A stretch of DNA of 64,000 nt from Eledone cirrhosa (taxonomy: Eukaryota): NCBI GenBank assembly GCA_964016885.1, contig OZ024743.1:294934001-294998000 (forward strand), read 5' to 3'. Each line of letters opens with the position of its first letter. The stretch's first letter is position 1. Below the pieces are notes generated by a model. That model had not been told where the DNA came from, made no database searches, and saw nothing but the letters and a program-made list of their open reading frames with translations. Shown here one piece after another: positions 1 through 13,052 of the stretch. The translations under genes and the position numbers were made by a program.

Positions 1-11
1 TATATATACAT

Positions 12-91
<80 letters not shown>
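1..91. repeat. (TA)n microsatellite
   Basis: Direct reading of the sequence. Confidence 0.95.
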
Positions 92-95
<4 letters not shown>

Positions 96-99
96 AGTA

Positions 100-600
100 A
101 TAATAATAAATTTGAAGACTAAAATCCAAAGAGGGCTCGATAACGATAAATATATATCAGATATATAAGAACCGTAGAGCAAATATTTGTTAAAATAACA
201 GATTAAAGTTTAAGCAAAGAATCGCTGCTTTCACCCTTAACGGGATCTTCTGAAACTAAAAACGTCAATCTGTGAACGCAGAAGTACATATTTCAAAAAC
301 CGTTGCAACCGAAGGTAGACAGGAAGATAATACTTTGGTTCGGGGAAACGTTCCCTGGCGAAGAACTAAAAAAAAACGTAGATAATACGTCATTATTTGC
401 GACGGTGAAAACAATTACACGCAAAGACAAAATCACGTTGATTATATAAATGAAGTCGTAGACTAATATTCTATTAGGTGGTTCATGGATACGTTCTCTG
501 GCAATTAACGGAAAAAAACGTCATTATGTGGATCGGTGAGAACAATTACACGCAAAGACAAAACCACGTAAATGGTACAACTGAAGACGCAGACTAAAAT
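100..600 (-). mobile_element. pLTR-like dispersed repeat (U4A-hammerhead family), with an internal ~120-nt duplication
   Basis: Homologous to 50641-51022, 36640-36812 (opposite strand) and 34205-34345; carries an HHR motif; abuts (TA)n. Confidence 0.7.
207..257 (-). ncRNA. Type I hammerhead ribozyme, U4A core variant
   Basis: Reverse complement: AGTTT-CAGAAGA-T-CCC GTTAA GGG-T-GAAA-GCA gcgattctt TGC-TT-AAACT; stems I, II and III all pair. Confidence 0.7.
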
Positions 601-827
601 TCATATATATATATTCATTAGTTTAACGCTTGGGTCTTAATCGTTAGATATAAATCATTCGATATAAAATAAGAATTAGAAATATAGATGTGAGTAAGAA
701 AAAGAAAGGAATACGTTTGAAAGAGCGAAAGCGAAAAAGTATTTAGGTGAATTAGGGATCAAATTTCAAGGTATTTCAGATATGAGATGCTTGGAAAGGG
801 AGATAATCCTATATTAATTGGAACCCC

Positions 828-930
<103 letters not shown>

Positions 931-954
931 CGTATATGTCTGTATTTATATAAC

Positions 955-1205
955 TGACACTTCGTTGGTTCGGATCAACGCAACACACTACTCCTGAAAT
1001 CAACCTGAAAATGGGTGAGCATTCCACAGCAAGGCATACTCTTCAGCTTCACACAGAATGTGACAAGGCAGGCCCTTCAAACAACAGCTCCATCTCATTA
1101 TTACCACTTGATTGCACTGAAGCAACTTGTAATAAAATGTCTTGCACAAGGACACAACTTACCCCAGGTAATCGAACCCAACACGTTAGGGTCATGTTCA
1201 GATGA
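955..1205 (-). mobile_element. Degenerate tRNA-derived SINE (second family)
   Basis: Similar to 19270-19470 and 26015-26315; B-box-like GGTTCGATTACC on the minus strand near 1165-1178. Confidence 0.55.
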
Positions 1206-1365
1206 TATAGACTTTTACCCTTCCTTCTGTATATGTTTATTTTTATTTTTATTTGTACTTCTACAATCGTTTTTCCTCCCTTTTCTCCCCCCCCCCACCA
1301 TGTTTTTCTAAATGTCCTTCCACCACTACCCCATACACCCACGGAACTCTCTTCCTACCTGCTTT

Positions 1366-1398
1366 TCTCCTGATGAAGGCTTATGCCCGAAACGTCGT
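1366..1398 (+). ncRNA. Minimal type I hammerhead motif (stem I decayed)
   Basis: CTGATGA-A-GGC TTAT GCC-C-GAAA-CG-TC, the layout typical of Penelope pLTR minimal HHRs; stem I no longer pairs well. Confidence 0.6.
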
Positions 1399-1549
1399 CC
1401 CTCACCCACTCTCAAAACCTTGAACCTAATAAACTCATATTTGTACTGCCTCTCTGTTTTTGTTCCCGTCTAAGATTTAACTATATATATATGTGTGTGT
1501 GTGTGTGTATATATATATTATATACACATATATATACATATATATATAA

Positions 1550-1640
<91 letters not shown>

Positions 1641-1673
1641 TATGTTTAAATATATATATATATATATATATAT

Positions 1674-1728
<55 letters not shown>

Positions 1729-2226
1729 AGTGTGTGTGTGTGTGTGTGGTTTGGCCTTGTACCTAAATTAGAAATTATTATTATTATTTGTATTTTATCG
1801 AATATTTGTGATCGATTATCGCCGTAGTCTTTCCCTCGTTTCTTGATAGATAGCGGACAATAATCTTATACATGGGTCTCTGTTTGTGTGTACATTAGCT
1901 TGTATGTGTTTTAGGAGAGAACTCAGATTGAGAAGCTGCAAATACCGTCTTGATTTCTCCTGTTGTCAGTTTTTTCTTTAGGATTTCCTTCTTCGTATTC
2001 TTCGCCTTTAATTTCCCAATTTTTTATTTCTCCATGCGGGACCAACTGTTGGTCTTGCGTCTCCTGTTCCTCATTTCTTCCCTCCTCCTTTTCGCTTCAC
2101 CCGTTTAACTGCTGTTTTATGGTCACTGTCTACTTCATTTGTATATTTATGTGTAGCATGCTTGTATACCTATAAGTATTATATGAGATGAAACAGTTTT
2201 TTTTCTTAATAACTTCCATTTCATTT

Positions 2227-2312
<86 letters not shown>

Positions 2313-2404
2313 GATGTTTGTGCATTTTTATGTATGCCCACACACATATACATATATATAAATATATACATATGTGTGTGTGTGTGTATTTATATATACA
2401 CACT

Positions 2405-2445
<41 letters not shown>

Positions 2446-2812
2446 CAGAGACTGAGATAGAGAGAGAGATATGGGAGTAAGATATTGTAGTATATCTTTA
2501 CAAAATATTCAGTAATGCGCTGCAGTATGTTCTCTCAGATTGCTATCCGCCACTTCAATTAGCGAGTCAAGTAATCATATCTGATTGTAAGTAAACGATA
2601 TATATATTACGCGAGATAAGATTCAACATCAGATAAGAGCTTCTCGCAGTTTTAAATTTATGTGTAATGTACTATAAATTTTCTACTAAATAAATATTGC
2701 ATTGCACTTAGGAATTTTGTGAGGTATGTCATAATGTTTAAGCAGTAACTTATCTTGAGATAAATGATAGATATCAACGTAGCACTAAAAATGTATAGCT
2801 TAGTAGTGTATA

Positions 2813-2855
<43 letters not shown>

Positions 2856-2954
2856 AGAGAGAGAAAGAGAGAGACAAATGCATATACCTATGTGTGTATG
2901 TATATGCGTATGCATGCTTGCACACACACATACCTACATACATGCATAGATACA

Positions 2955-3352
2955 TGGTGCTGCCAACTCGTTTTCGAGTACGGCCACTACTTTATATACA
3001 TGTAGGAGAACCCCTACCGATGCGCTGAACGAGTGTGACTTTTTAGTCCCGCTAGCGACATGAAAACTCTAGTACGAACACTACACTTGTGACAATTATT
3101 GACACATAGTGCTGGGCCCATGGAACCATGTGATGACAAGTGCAGAGAGATCTCCAGATACAAAGCAATGCCTGTGCCGTGAAGCTTTTATAGTGAGCAA
3201 AGGCACTGCACAAATCCAGTCCCACTCTCTTAACGAAGATGATATTTACCAAAAAGAAGAACAAGTCAACATCATTGGATACCATCAGGGTTGCAGGTGT
3301 TATATCAGAGTTTTCTTTCTCCTAGAATTCTGCCTTGACAAAGGCTAAGGGG
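2955..3352 (-). mobile_element. Old dispersed repeat, probably an RTE-type LINE 5' region
   Basis: Aligns by eye to 25317-25635 (TTTTTAGTCC..GCTAG; TTATATCAGAGT..TTCTCCTAGA); the motif resembles RTE 5' UTRs (from memory, not searched). Confidence 0.45.
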
Positions 3353-3354
3353 TC

Positions 3355-3412
3355 ATACATACATACATACATACATACATACATACATACATACATACAT
3401 ACATACATACAC

Positions 3413-3459
<47 letters not shown>

Positions 3460-3515
3460 GAGAGAGAGGGGGAGATAGATAGATATATTGATAGATAGAT
3501 AGATAAATAGATATA
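3355..3515. repeat. (TACA)n, (TA)n and (GATA)n compound microsatellite
   Basis: Direct reading. Confidence 0.9.
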
Positions 3516-3520
3516 TACAT

Positions 3521-3610
3521 TTCTTTATTAGCCACAATGATCAAAAGAAGGGGACAAATACAAATGGGGAGTTTACATACAGGCATATGAAAATAAAACT
3601 GCTAATAACA
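3521..3610 (-). mobile_element. 5'-truncated 3' end of the Tx1-like LINE
   Basis: Matches 3635-3700 (TTTATTAGCCACAA..AAAAGAAGGGGACAAATA); flanked by GATA repeats. Confidence 0.8.
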
Positions 3611-3868
3611 TAGATAGATAAATAGATATGTTTGTTTATTAGCCACAAGGGCACAAAAGAAGGGGACAAATATAAAGGGAGGAAGTTTACATACAATAAA
3701 ATCGTGTAAAATATTATCACAAATGCAATCTAAAAATTAGTCGATTTTCCCCAATAGGGGGAGACATTACATATGGGTAACACATACCCCCGAAAAAAAT
3801 GTACAACCCTCATCTCCACGAGTACGAAGAGTTTGTACTCATTTCCTCTCCTCCTCTCTTTCCTCAAC

Positions 3869-6800
3869 CTACAGCCTGATATAGAGAGAAGGCCCATTCA
3901 CTCAGGCCATTCTCGCCACTTTCACCCACCTTTCATAAAACTTCCTGGGGTACAGCACCTCTCTCTCCATCCTGATTCTTCTTCTAAAGGGGTATTTGAA
4001 AAAAAGAATCAGTTGTTGGCCGGAGAGAGAGGTGTCTGACCTCAGCCCTTTCAACCTTGTCCATCATACAACCTCTTTCGCCATAGCTATCACACAAAGG
4101 AAAACCGCCTCTCCTTCGTTTTTGAAGGCGAGTGGCGGTTTGATCATGACATTGGCCTCGGTGGTCAACCGGATTGGTCCCACCTGCGACAATAGTCGTT
4201 CTACATAGCCCCACAGGTCGGTAACGCCCGGGTAGTGTATGAATGCGTGCGCGACGGTTTCTTCGTCACGCACACACCTCGGACACATCTTTTTTTCATG
4301 GTCCCTGCCCGGGCGCCCATGTCTGTAGAGCTTGTCTCGAACTGGTAGAGCTCCTCGGTAGCACTGCCAGGCCAGGGACTTTTGGAAGTTGTGCATCGGT
4401 CCCGGGTGGAAGGTCCTACCGAACAGACTGGCCAGTTCGTCTTCCTCTACGCCTAGAGTTTCCCCGAGCGCGTCATCGCACTTGCTGCAGATCAACCCTC
4501 TATAGAATGACGAAGTGGAGTCTCCACTGATCGCCGGTTCCGCCTGCCAGAGGGCTGTGAGCGACTGAGCACGTTCGATGTGCCAGTCGCCCATTTTCCT
4601 CGGTCTTTGCTTGACCCAGGCCTGCAGCTTGTCCAGCGAGACGAGTCGTGGGAAGGTTCGCATCACGAACCGGTTGTCCGGTGAGGAATACGTAGAGATG
4701 CCGCAGCCTGAGCGCGGGTTTGCGCACGTCAGCCACGGCAACCCCAGCCCACCGTTGGAAGGGTGTTGGCAGTAGTTAGATCTTCTCACCAAAAAAGCCC
4801 GCCTCTTCCAAAGGAATTGGAAGAGCGCGCGCTCCATTTTGGTGAGCGTTTTGGCTGGACAAGGCACGAAGGTCAAGCGGTAGTAGATGATGGACGCTAT
4901 AAAAGTGTTCGCCACTTCCGCTCGACCTGTCAAGGATAGTTTGCACTCGGCCTACTTCTGGGTGAGTGAAAACACCTTGGCCGTCACCTCGTTCCAGTTA
5001 TTCTCCACCTGGTGGTCCGGACCAAACCAGACCCCGAGCAGCTTTGCCGGTCCTTCCGTCCAGCGTCCGACGATGCCCTCGGAAGGTATCGGCCTGCCTC
5101 TCCACAATCTGAGTTGCAAACCGATGAACTTGTCCCGGTTCAGCTTCGCTCCTGTGAACCTTTCGTATTCCTTCAGTAAGGTACCGACTTCCTCGATTTG
5201 CGAGGCGCTCGACACCATTACTGACACGTCGTCGGCGTAAGCCTACGCCGCTTTCCGTAGTCCCGGTTCCAGAGGGATGCCCTGCAATAGCTCCAACTTC
5301 CGCAGTAATGGCTCGAGAGTCAGTACGTACAGAAGGGGGGAGAGAAGGCATCCTTGTCGAATGGAACGGCTCTGAGAGGTAGCCGTTCACCTTGACCCTT
5401 GAGCAGATGTTGCTGACGTGCATTGCAGCAATCCAGCCCCTTACCAAGGCTCCGAAGCCTGCCGGTTCGAGCAGCGCATCCAGGTAACGATGGTCAACCC
5501 TATCGAAAGCCTTAGACTGATCCAAGTTGATCAGGGCCCCATCGAAGCCGGGTTTACACCCTACGCTCTCTATGATGTATCGCATGAGGTGGAGGTTGTC
5601 GTGTATGGACCTGGTCGGGATTGCGCATGTCTGCGCTTCTCCCACCAGGTTCTCGACGACAAGCGCCAGCCTCTTTGCCAACACCTTGGCCAGAATCTGT
5701 AACTCTGTGTTTAGCAGAGTTATGGGCCGGAAGTTGCCTAAGTCAACCCCCTTAATCTTGTCCTTCCTGACTAGTGTGACTACGCCCCCGGTCACAGAAC
5801 TGGCAATTCTCCCGTTCTGTTGCCAGTTGCAGTAGACCGCTTCCAGGAGACCGGAGAATAAGTCCGGCATTTCTACGTAAAATTCGTAGGGTAGACCGTC
5901 GAGACCTGGAGATTTGCGTTTGCCGCATTGGCTCAGCGCGTCCCCTATCTCAGCGGCTGAAATCGGCTTAACGCAGCATTCGCCTCCCTGCCCGAGAGTC
6001 GCGATAGGCCGTCGAGGTATGGACCGAAATACATAGCCCCTCCCGGCGGGCCGCCCTGCCCGAACAGTTGAGCAAAGTGCCGCTGAAAGGCCGCACACAT
6101 CTGCTGCGGCTCACGTTCATTCGTCCGTCTTGGTCCTTCAAAGACCGAATCGTGGACTTGTTGCCACTTTTTGCCTCCGTCACTCAGGCCCAGCTAACAG
6201 CTTTGGCTCCCTCGTTTCCCAGAGCACGTATTTTGCTTCTGACAACGCAGCCCTCGTGCTTTGCGTCGAAGAACTGGTCCAAGGCCGTTCTCGTTGCTAG
6301 TACGCTGGCTACGTTACCACTTCTAATTGCCTCTTCTATTTATCTACCAGTTCCTTCTCGGTTCTATTTCTATCTAACGCTAATTCTTTACTAAAACTTA
6401 ACGAGTCTAATCTAACTTCCCCCTTGAGAGAGTACCACCATCTGTTGTTGACAATGGCCCCTGTCAAGTGCTGTTTAACTAAAGTGCTAATCTGTCTACT
6501 GTAGGCTTTGCATGTCGGTAACGACAAGTTCAGCTTCCAGTAGCCGGGTCCTTGTCTATGGGTTCTATCAAGGTTGACCATGCAGGTCACTAGTTTGTGA
6601 TCTGAATAGGCAACCATGATCATTTGTGGACAGCTTAACATGTCCCTATCCTTATTTCTAACCAGAACCCTATCTAGGTACGATTTAGATGTTCCGCGAC
6701 GATTAGTCCACGTCCACAGTGGCACATTCGGAAAATCTAGTCGATATCTATCGGCCAGGTCAAATTGGCTGATTAACTGTTTGAGGCTGTTACACCCCCC

Positions 6801-7269
6801 TTTATCGGGCCATGCTCCCACATAGTTCCAACGTGCATCTAGGATTCCATTCCAGTCCCCCACTAAAAGCAAGTAGCGGGACGTTCCCAGAAAAGTCTCT
6901 AGACGTTTGAAGAAGTCTGGCCGAGGTGTCCCAGATGGGGCATATGCGGCCACCAGCCTGAAGGCTCCACCTTCACTACCGTCAACATCAAGGACCACCA
7001 GTCGTCTCTCCGGGTCCAGATGTACCGTCTGTGTTACGAGACCCAGGTGTTTCCGCAGCAAAACGGCACCCCCCCCCCGACTGACAGAGAGACGCATAAA
7101 TCTCAAAGTCATCGAAGATGGGGGCCAGCTGTCGCTCGCTGTGGATCCTGGACTCGCAAATGGCTACTACATCCATACTGTGCGACCTGAGGTCGTTTAA
7201 GAGTTTGCCCTGTTTCCAGGGCTTCCCCAGGCCGCGTACATTCACACATCCAACTCTTATATTGGCCAT
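3869..7269 (-). pseudogene. Tx1-like ORF2 (APE endonuclease, reverse transcriptase, C-terminal zinc finger), frameshifted
   Basis: NVRGL, ICES, LVGDWN, SYLDR and SDHK (APE); KSPGLDGLPYEFY, NFRPITLLNTE, LDQSKAFDRVDH, RQGC and YADDV (RT); CPRCVRDEETVAH (zf-RVT); split over ORFs 6988-7269, 6336-7112, 4998-6098, 4952-5227 and 4064-4933. Confidence 0.93.
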
Positions 7270-7279
7270 GTTGGTTCTG

Positions 7280-9100
7280 AAAAGTTAAAAGAAGAGGAGA
7301 AGAAAACACTAACCTCTTCGTCTCCCGTGATTCAGGCCGCATGGTTTCCATGGGGGTGTTAGAGGGGTGGTCTGGTTGGGTGGTGGTTTCCGGCGGGGTG
7401 GGGAAGGAGATATTTGGTGGGGTGGGAGTGCCTGGGGTGAGAGTGGGGAAACTTTTTAAAAGGACGCGGTTAATGGGTTTAACATAAGGATTACCCACGT
7501 CCTTAGGAAAGTTTTCCTTTAAAGACTTATAGGTGTCCGTAGGGACCCTAATCATCTTTAAATTAGGTTTGTCTACACAGTTCGAAAAAGTTTTCCCTTC
7601 GGTTTTCACCGAAGGATCGTTGGAGATGACCTCCATTAAAGTTTTGTTTTTACTGTTTATGTATGTGTAATATTGTTGTTGTGTTGCGGTGGTTTTTGTC
7701 TGTTGTCCTTGCCGGAGTTTCGTTTTGTTGTAGGTGTTGGTGTTGGTGATTGTATGTTTGTAGTGATGTTTGTTGTTTTTTTTGTTTTTGTGGTGTCTTT
7801 TCTTCTTTCTTTTCGAACGAGAGGCCTTGCCTCATCGTCACTTGGTGATGATGTGGGGGGTCTCGTCCGTTGTGGTGTCTGTGTTAATTGGAAGGGGTAT
7901 GTTTTGGGGAGATGTGTTTGTGGGGGTTTTTGCAGTGGTTTTAGGTGGGACTGTGCTTGCAGGTTGGTTTGTTGTTCTTGTTTTGGTTATGTTTGCGTGT
8001 TGTTGCTGTTGTTGTTGTTGTTGTGGTGGTGGTGGTTGTGTTGTTGTTTTGGGTGTTGGCAGTAGTGCCTCTTTTTTTTGTAGGTAACTGATGACAGTAA
8101 GCCTTCAGGTGACCACTGCTTAAACAGTGGTAACATGAAGGCCGCCTACCCTCAACAGAAATGTTTATGTTTGAAATTCTATCCAGAGGCACACGTTGGG
8201 GGTATTTTAGCTATCCGTTCTGGCCTCATTTGGACCATAACTTCCATGCTTGCACAATTGAATGTGCCTCTGGAGGACTTTCCCACCGAAATGATTGTGT
8301 CTTCGCCGAAATCGATGAAGCCGCCAGTTAAAATCCACCAGACGTTTACATTTGGTACAATGTTCGAAATTTTTATTTTTTGTGTTCTTTTTCCCAAATA
8401 TGTGGGGAAAAAGGTGTAAAGGGGGGACACAATCGGCGATACAGAATATTTTTGTACTGTCAATTGGTCTTTCAACAACACCGAAATGCTTCCAAAAAGT
8501 TTCCCTTTTTGGATGAAGGCAATATCCTACATGGAATTCTTCAGAACCAGTTCAATATCGTTTTGGGATAATTGAACTGGTTTTTTCGACACTTTTGAAA
8601 CCGTCCTAAAAATTACTGTTTTTAGAACAGTTTCTCTGCGTAACTGTTGAGAAGTGATGCTGAAAGCACCACTCTCACCAAAAGTTACATATTGTTTTGC
8701 ATCGCTTAACATTTCCCTAGCATTGGAAATGTCAAGGTATGTGAACAGTTCCGTCTTTTGGACGGTTTGAGCAAACGAAATATTTTCCTTGTTCGTGGAG
8801 TTGTTCGTGTTGCTGTTGTTGTTGGTGGTGTTGTTGTTATCATTGTTGCTGTTGTTGTTGTCACATTATTGTTGTTGTTGTTGTTGTTGTTCTGGTTGGT
8901 GTTGTTTATATTTTGCATGTTATTGGTGTTTGTGTTAGTGTTGATGTTACAATCAACGTCCGACACCGTGTTTTCAAAACTGACGACATTTTCGATGTCT
9001 TTCAATGAGGTGGTGAGAGGAGGTGACTGCGAGCTTAAAACTCTTACCGCCTTTCCACCACTTCTAGTTAAGAACGCAGCGTTCATGACTGAATGCAAGG
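7280..9100 (-). pseudogene. Tx1-like ORF1 (gag-like nucleic-acid-binding protein), frameshifted
   Basis: VEGRRPSCYHCLSSGHLKAYC zinc knuckle at about 8095-8155; low-complexity N/T tracts; lies upstream of ORF2 on the same strand. Confidence 0.8.
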
Positions 9101-9311
9101 TTTGTTTACACTTTTTTCACCGGGGAAATTTTTTTCCAAACGAAAATTTCACCCCAGGGAGGGGTGAAGATGACTTGACCCACCGTCTGAAAATCCAGAC
9201 GCGGGGTCAAGCTATAAAATAGTAATAAATTTAAAAATAAATTTTTGATTTCTTACTTAGAAAATCAACAAAAACTTACCAGCGAACTGGCACACGTCTC
9301 AAGTAAAACAA

Positions 9312-9312
<1 letters not shown>

Positions 9313-9388
<76 letters not shown>
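9313..9388. repeat. (GATA)n microsatellite
   Basis: Direct reading. Confidence 0.95.
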
Positions 9389-9389
<1 letters not shown>

Positions 9390-9534
9390 TGAAACAGTAG
9401 GTTCAAAATAAAAGAATTAGAAAAACAAACGTAAAATAGAAAGGACTAAAAACAGAGACGTGTAATGCATACATATTATTCGATCAGATACCGACAATGC
9501 TGCTTCAATACTGGATTCATTCTTATATGCCTCT

Positions 9535-9788
9535 CATCATCACCATCGTCATCATCATCATCATCAATATCGTCATCATCACCATCATCAACATCGTCAT
9601 CATCATCATCATCATCTTGATCATCAACATCGTCATCATCATCATCATCATCATCTTCATCATCAACATCATCATCATCATCATCATTATCATCATCATC
9701 ATCATCATCATCATAATCACTATCATCATCATTATTATGATTATCTTCATTAGCATCATCATAATTTATGTCATCATTACCATTATTA
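9535..9788. repeat. (CAT)n microsatellite
   Basis: Direct reading; explains the poly-D, poly-I and poly-M ORFs. Confidence 0.95.
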
Positions 9789-10077
9789 GAATGACCAACA
9801 TATAACGTTTTCTCCAAGCTAAAGGATTGTCCTATATATTTATATAATGAGTCTAGCGTAGTATATACTTATGTGTAAGTCTTTGTTTCTCCATCTTCTC
9901 ATTCATTGAGTATTAGGTTTCAAGGTCTCTTACCTATATACATATCCTCACACATCTTTCCGCTATAAAATAATCTCTGTTTGAATGTAAATGTAGGTAT
10001 GATATTTAGTATTTACACAATTGTTTGTATATATATAAACACACACTCTCACACACACACACACGCACATAGACACA

Positions 10078-10118
<41 letters not shown>

Positions 10119-10262
10119 GCACACACAAACACCCCCCCCACACACATTAACATTTATATAAACGGTTGACGGAATACGAACTTGTGATTATTTATTTTCT
10201 CGTTTTGTTCTGTTCCTTTCTCAATATTTATCTTTCTATTTCATCTTTTATATCTCATTCTC

Positions 10263-10298
10263 TCTTCTTATGAACGACTTGTGTCCGAAAGCTTAAGA
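10263..10298 (+). ncRNA. Degenerate minimal type I hammerhead
   Basis: TCTT-CTTATGA(G5U)-A-cGAC TTGT GTCc-GAAA-GC-TT-AAGA; palindromic AAGCTT stem III. Confidence 0.55.
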
Positions 10299-10856
10299 TT
10301 CCTTTCATACCATTACTAAAATACTACCAGAAAAACCACTCGAGGGGTGGTTTTCTGCTGGCATGTAAATAAAATCGTAATTGAAAATATACGCAGAAAT
10401 TGAACGAAGACTGTGTTACACAGTCTGCCGTAATCAGTAATTAGTAACGTAAAAAAAGACGATATTATATATAAACTGCATTAGGAGAACATTAGTGACG
10501 GAAATATATGCGATTATAAGACTTATAATATAACGGCCGCTAACCGGAAGTGTTGAGATTTGACAATTTTAAAGAAGTGAATCTTTAAATAACCTATAAA
10601 ATATATTTAATCAACAGCCACGAAATTTAGTAGATAAATTATGTAATATTCATTCATTATTTATTCAAAGTAATCCAACTTATTTTACAAACGGGGTAAA
10701 AAAATATATTCTGGATGCAGTTCCGCACTCCTTTCTTTATTATAGTTAAGATTTCTTCATCGTATTGTGTCATTTACTTTGTTATTTCTGTTTACTTTTA
10801 CACATACACACAAACACACATACGCAAGTATACATATATATATATATATACACACG

Positions 10857-10887
<31 letters not shown>

Positions 10888-10890
<3 letters not shown>

Positions 10891-11160
10891 ACAAAGGAAG
10901 TGTGGTAAGGAACTAGATGGACCATAACGCACCAGAGTACTCAATACTTAGGGTAGTAGAGTGGGTAATAGGGAAATAGCCGTCGAAACGGCTTGAGCTC
11001 TGCCGTCGGGGTTAAACATTTTCCTATATATATATATATATATATTGGAAATGGTCTGGACACGAAGGCTGAGTTCTTGGCGTTTCAACAGCTAATCCCA
11101 GATTTGAATTAGCCGTCGAAACAGCAAGAGTATAGCCGTCGGACTCCGACTCTTTCTAAT
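10888..11160. mobile_element. Fragments of the U3-A8 hammerhead pLTR family with inverted pieces
   Basis: Homologous to 47941-48075; carries the 3' half TAGCCGTC-GAAA-CGGC..GCCG-TC-GGGGT. Confidence 0.75.
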
Positions 11161-11269
11161 ATATTCACACTCTACTATCACATTTATCGAGTAATCTGCT
11201 AAATAATGGGTTTACAAATTTATACATATATCAACAATTTAAATACGCTATGCTTTAAATTCAGGGAGT

Positions 11270-12990
11270 TTATAATGCTCTGAATTAGACCACTGCTTTT
11301 AAATGAAGACCAATTGATATTGTTATGCACCTACGCGAGAATCAACAATTTTCCAAGAGTTGGCGACTTCAATAGGCCTGTTTTTTCCGAAATAATTTTT
11401 AATTTCTGTTTCTGTGACTACCCTCTATCTTCTTATCTTTTCTTTGGTAGATTATGTAAATGAAGTGTTGCCAAAAAACGATACTGCAAACAGCGATGCA
11501 AACAGTTTGGAAGTGTCTGAGATTACCTCACCATTTTGGTCATGTATCTCTTGATTCGATTTTTAGGGAGGTTGAATTTTATCATTGAGTTGGACCCATG
11601 GACTCCAGATTAGATTTGCGAGACTAGAAAATCAGTTTTGGCTTGTTTTATGTGCCTTTTAAACTTTTTCTTTAGTCTCTTATATTTTCATAATTGGAAC
11701 CTGTTGACTGGTATTTCCAATATTTTAATGACTGGGTTATTTCACTTCTTAGTTGTTTTAGTTATTCACTCCACCATGCCTTATTGTAGTTGCTATCCTT
11801 ATTACTGTTATTTTTATCTGGATTGAAATAGGTAAAAGGTACTTTATGAATGATTGTATCCTGTATTGTGTCTATAAATATTTGTAGACTTGTTTTTAGT
11901 TATTTAACTGTTTGGACATTGTAAAATTTGTTTTGAGGGTGATAGTTCTATTTGTAAGTAATTACTAAACTTAATCCAATCAGTTTTATGAAATTGATAT
12001 TTTCTTACTTTAGGCTTTATTTGCTATACTTGACAATAGCTCAAGTTTTCGTTGATTATAGGACTTGCAATTTTAAAAGTGTTGGTGGCATGATCCGACA
12101 CTAGATCCATATTGTGGCTTAATTCCTAGTTTTCTATAAAAGGAGAGGCTGGGAGAGAAGACCACAAATAGTCTATTATTGAGGTTATGCCGTTAACATG
12201 TCGGTAGTTAAAGGATTCTGGTACTGTATGTAGAATAAAGTTGTGTTTATTAATAAATTCTAAGAGATATTCTCTTCTGTTATACTGTTTTTTCCAGATG
12301 TTAGTATTCCAGAATAGATGGTGTGCATTGAAGTCCCCTAAAATTATCGTTTTGATTTGTGGATTAGACTTATCTAGGAAGTCTTCAAGTTTGGTTATTG
12401 TCTCTGTGATTTGGGGGAGGGGGATATAAATATTTACTACATAAATATCTAGCTTCCATAAACATTATATCTAGGAAGTTACAGTCCCTTTGTATTATGT
12501 CTAATTTAGAGATTAGTTCTGATATAATCAATGTGAGGCGACTTGATGCACCATGGTAGCATGTATTGGATATAAAAAAGAGAAGTGTGAATTCCCTTTC
12601 GTGCAAATTCTAGCCATTTATTAGGGGTTCTTGAAAAAGAAATATGTCAAATGCTGAGCCATGATGGTTTTAACACAATTCCATTAGTTCACGCTGTTTG
12701 TTCAGGTTGATGTTTCATATCTTAATTTGGTTAATTATTATTACTGTGCTTCACATTTCCAGTGTATGTTTTTGAGCCAAATGTTGAAGCCCCTCATTTG
12801 AGCTTGTTTGGTTATTAATGGGTATATTGCCGTTTCCTGGTGTTGTGGTGATTGTTATGTTGATCTTAGTTAAATAGTTTTTGTTATAGGGGTGGGCTCC
12901 ATTGCACTTGTGGCACTTTGTACAGTCACATTTTACAGGACAGTTTCTGTAGTAGTGTGATGTGGTTGCACTTGTTATTAAAAAGAAAGC
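11270..12990 (-). pseudogene. Decayed APE-type LINE (I/Jockey/R1-like): gag knuckle, endonuclease, start of RT
   Basis: Manual minus-strand translation gives VNIYIPP..TIILGDFNAHHLFW..SIIDY..SDH (about 12075-12445), CHKCNGAH near 12895-12920, and KNRPI near 11370-11385. Confidence 0.75.
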
Positions 12991-13003
12991 TTCTATTCTA
13001 CTC

Positions 13004-13052
<49 letters not shown>

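Larger units (their letters stand above)
3630..9311 (-). mobile_element. L1/Tx1-clade non-LTR retrotransposon, near full length, decayed
   Basis: ORF1 with CCHC knuckle plus ORF2 with APE, RT and zf-RVT; 3' end GTGGCTAATAAA followed by (TCTA)n; 5' end abuts (GATA)n at 9313. Confidence 0.92.

Noticed and set aside
1383-2949. ORFs rich in YI/CV/HT repeats here and throughout (for example 35686, 39139, 54403, 56549-57488)
   Set aside because: Translations of (TA)n, (CA)n and (TACA)n microsatellites, not genes.
9476-9817. Poly-Asp, poly-Ile and poly-Met ORFs
   Set aside because: Reading frames of a (CAT)n microsatellite.
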